Below, piece by piece: positions 61,982 to 64,000 of a stretch of 64,000 bases of DNA (position 1 is its first letter; each line of letters opens with the position of its first letter). A model generated the notes under the pieces. It was not told the origin of the DNA. It was given only the letters and a program-made list of their open reading frames with translations, and ran no database searches. Source of the stretch: Psilocybe cubensis. Its lineage: Eukaryota. The DNA is taken from contig CM039007.1 of assembly GCA_017499595.2 (NCBI GenBank), forward strand, positions 1,984,001-2,048,000, given 5' to 3'. A program made the translations under genes and the position numbers.

Positions 61982-63315
61982 GGTATTTAAGAAGAGGTAT
62001 CGCAGAGGGAGAATTTACAGGTGGAAAGGTCTCTTGGTTGGAGAGGTGGAGAAAGGAAGGAAAGAGAGAGGGGGGGAAAGATTATATACACCCACCAGGG
62101 CGAGCAGTATACGATCGATCGAAGGAGGGTACCAACATGTCCACACAAACGCGTACGCGAACGCGTCGAACAGGTTGTCAGATCGATAAATATACCTGAG
62201 ACAACCTGAAGATGGTTGGAGGTCGATCGAGAAAGCGAAAACTTTGGATTGTCCCTCTGAACGTCGCAGTGGACTGGAAGGTATAGCAAAACAGCAGAGC
62301 CCAGAAATCCTTGAATGGACAGAACACATCCACTGAGCACAGAAAGTACAAGGACATAGAAATTGTGTCGCAAAGTATCCTCCAGACATATCAACGACAG
62401 AGGTGATTAGTTTGAGCAGCTACCGAGACGGATGCCTAGGAAAGCCTGACGAGAATACCAAATCGGTCATCTTCCAGATTTGATCCAAGCCTTGGTAGGA
62501 AAAGCGCAGAGAAAAACAAGTTTCAGGGTTTTGAAGTGCATCTAAGGTTGAACGTTGTTGAAGTCCAACGATAACCATCAAGCTTTAAGGTTGTTGCCCG
62601 CGAATTGGACGACTGTCAGGGCAAGTTTTGCAAAGTTCCAGTCAGAGAATCACCATTGGTGAGGGCATTTTGATGAAGAGATAAAGAATCCAAGATAATC
62701 TGAATGAAGATGTTTTTCCCTCAGTACATAGAGGTGAAACGAATGTCGACGGCTAGCTCAGAAGTTGGAAGTCGAAGTTCAAGTTGATTCAAAACGAAGA
62801 GACTCGGCACGTTGTCGGCAACTTCCACTGCGAGAACAATGAAGGCTTTTGATTGGCTACGTACATAACTAAATCACGCGGATCACGTGTACCGTGTTTT
62901 ATCGTCGCGTCGCGTACTAGCACTGGCTGCCAGCAGCATTGAGTCGCTTCACTAGAAGGCGTTGGATTTACAATCCATTACGTAGTCAAAAAGGCGGCTT
63001 CGCCGCGATTACCTGCCATGGAAAGACTGTTTACTATTGTGTACCAGATTACATATAATAATTATATTACTTCATCGGAATACCTGCCCATGGCTGGTAA
63101 CATCACTTGATTCTATGCTAAATAGTACAACAAGCCAATGTTGAGTCAAAGTGGGCATAATCAGTCGTAAAATAAAGCACCTAATTTATGCTTCGTGTCC
63201 GCCGATAAATAGACTCGGAGTTTAGCAGGGCTGGAAAGTTCGATTAATTGTCCATAGATAACAAGAAAAAGAACGTAAAATATACGGATGATTCGCAAAG
63301 AATAAGAAAAGTAGG

Positions 63316-63979
63316 TTACTTTTTTTCAGCTTGTTTCTTCAAGCTATTCGCTGCACCAGCAAACCCTTTCTTCAGTTGCTCACTAGACATATATCTAATA
63401 AGATATGCAAGTAACCCTCCAAACGCTTCGAAGTTCTCGTATTTAGTCATCCCCGTCTCTTTATCCACGCTCAGCGCCTGTGTACGCAACGAGCGAAGTA
63501 TGAAGTAGGGAAACATTGCTGCTGTCCACGAGATACGATAATTCTCTGGCTCCAACATAGAAATCATGGCAAAGGCGTCGCCTCGGTCTCTTTTGTTTGG
63601 ATCTTCTGGAACATCTCCAGGATTCATGTTGACGAGCATATCAAAATATTTTCCGACCTCAAGCTTTTGGTCTGCAAGGGGCCGGCGAGTATTGTAGTCA
63701 ACTAACACCATTGATCGCCTAGGTTTGCTTGATAAGAATTGGACGATCTCAAGCGCAACAAATATGACTTTTGGCGTACGTGAAAGTATTCCTAGACCTA
63801 TCTTTCAATATCATTATTCTTGCTGTTTTCACAAATTGTACTGACCACTTTTGATAGCTTGGGAAGTCCATGAGGATAGACCATACTTTGTCAATAGGCG
63901 CGTCAATGAGAATCGAGGATGTAGTAGAAAAAAGATAGTCGCTGGCATTGAACGGAGGAAGGTTACTGCAGGATGTCAT
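63316..63979 (-). CDS. SRPBCC/polyketide-cyclase-like (START-fold) protein
   Basis: FSTTSSILIDAPIDKVWSILMDFPSYQKW/N(T)F, ..YENFEAFGGLLAY.., C-terminal helix ..AANSLKKQAE. Confidence 0.8.
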
Positions 63980-64000
63980 TTCGGTTGGTTCTGGTGGAAT

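Overview
This is eukaryotic fungal DNA: ~50-75 nt GT-AG introns and the gene content point to an agaricomycete (mushroom-forming basidiomycete). The window has two compartments. (1) About 1-42.47 kb is AT-richer accessory DNA ending in an intact 1953-codon Helitron2/HLE2-type Rep-PIF1 helicase ORF. That ORF is followed by a terminal hairpin, at which a host pepsin-like protease gene is cut off inside an intron; the missing half of the protease is not in the window. This compartment carries host-derived cargo. The main item is an intact, spliced ribonucleotide-reductase small-subunit (R2) homologue lying head-to-head with the Rep-helicase, which has lost its radical tyrosine and half of its iron ligands. 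Other cargo includes a complete Rna15/CstF-64 paralogue, two separated Vps11 fragments, an ArfGAP-like fragment, a frameshifted copy of a conserved fungal gene, a Zn2Cys6-like gene interrupted by a LINE tail, two candidate OB-fold/SSB-like genes, and nested MITEs. My best reading (inference) is a giant (>42 kb) cargo-bearing rolling-circle transposon. (2) About 42.5-64 kb holds ordinary host genes (MAPK-type dual-specificity phosphatase, choline-phosphate cytidylyltransferase, SDR, YtcJ-like amidohydrolase, SRPBCC protein), a 5'-truncated LINE and a 2.6-kb ~30-bp satellite. All family assignments come from motif recognition by eye; no database searches were run.
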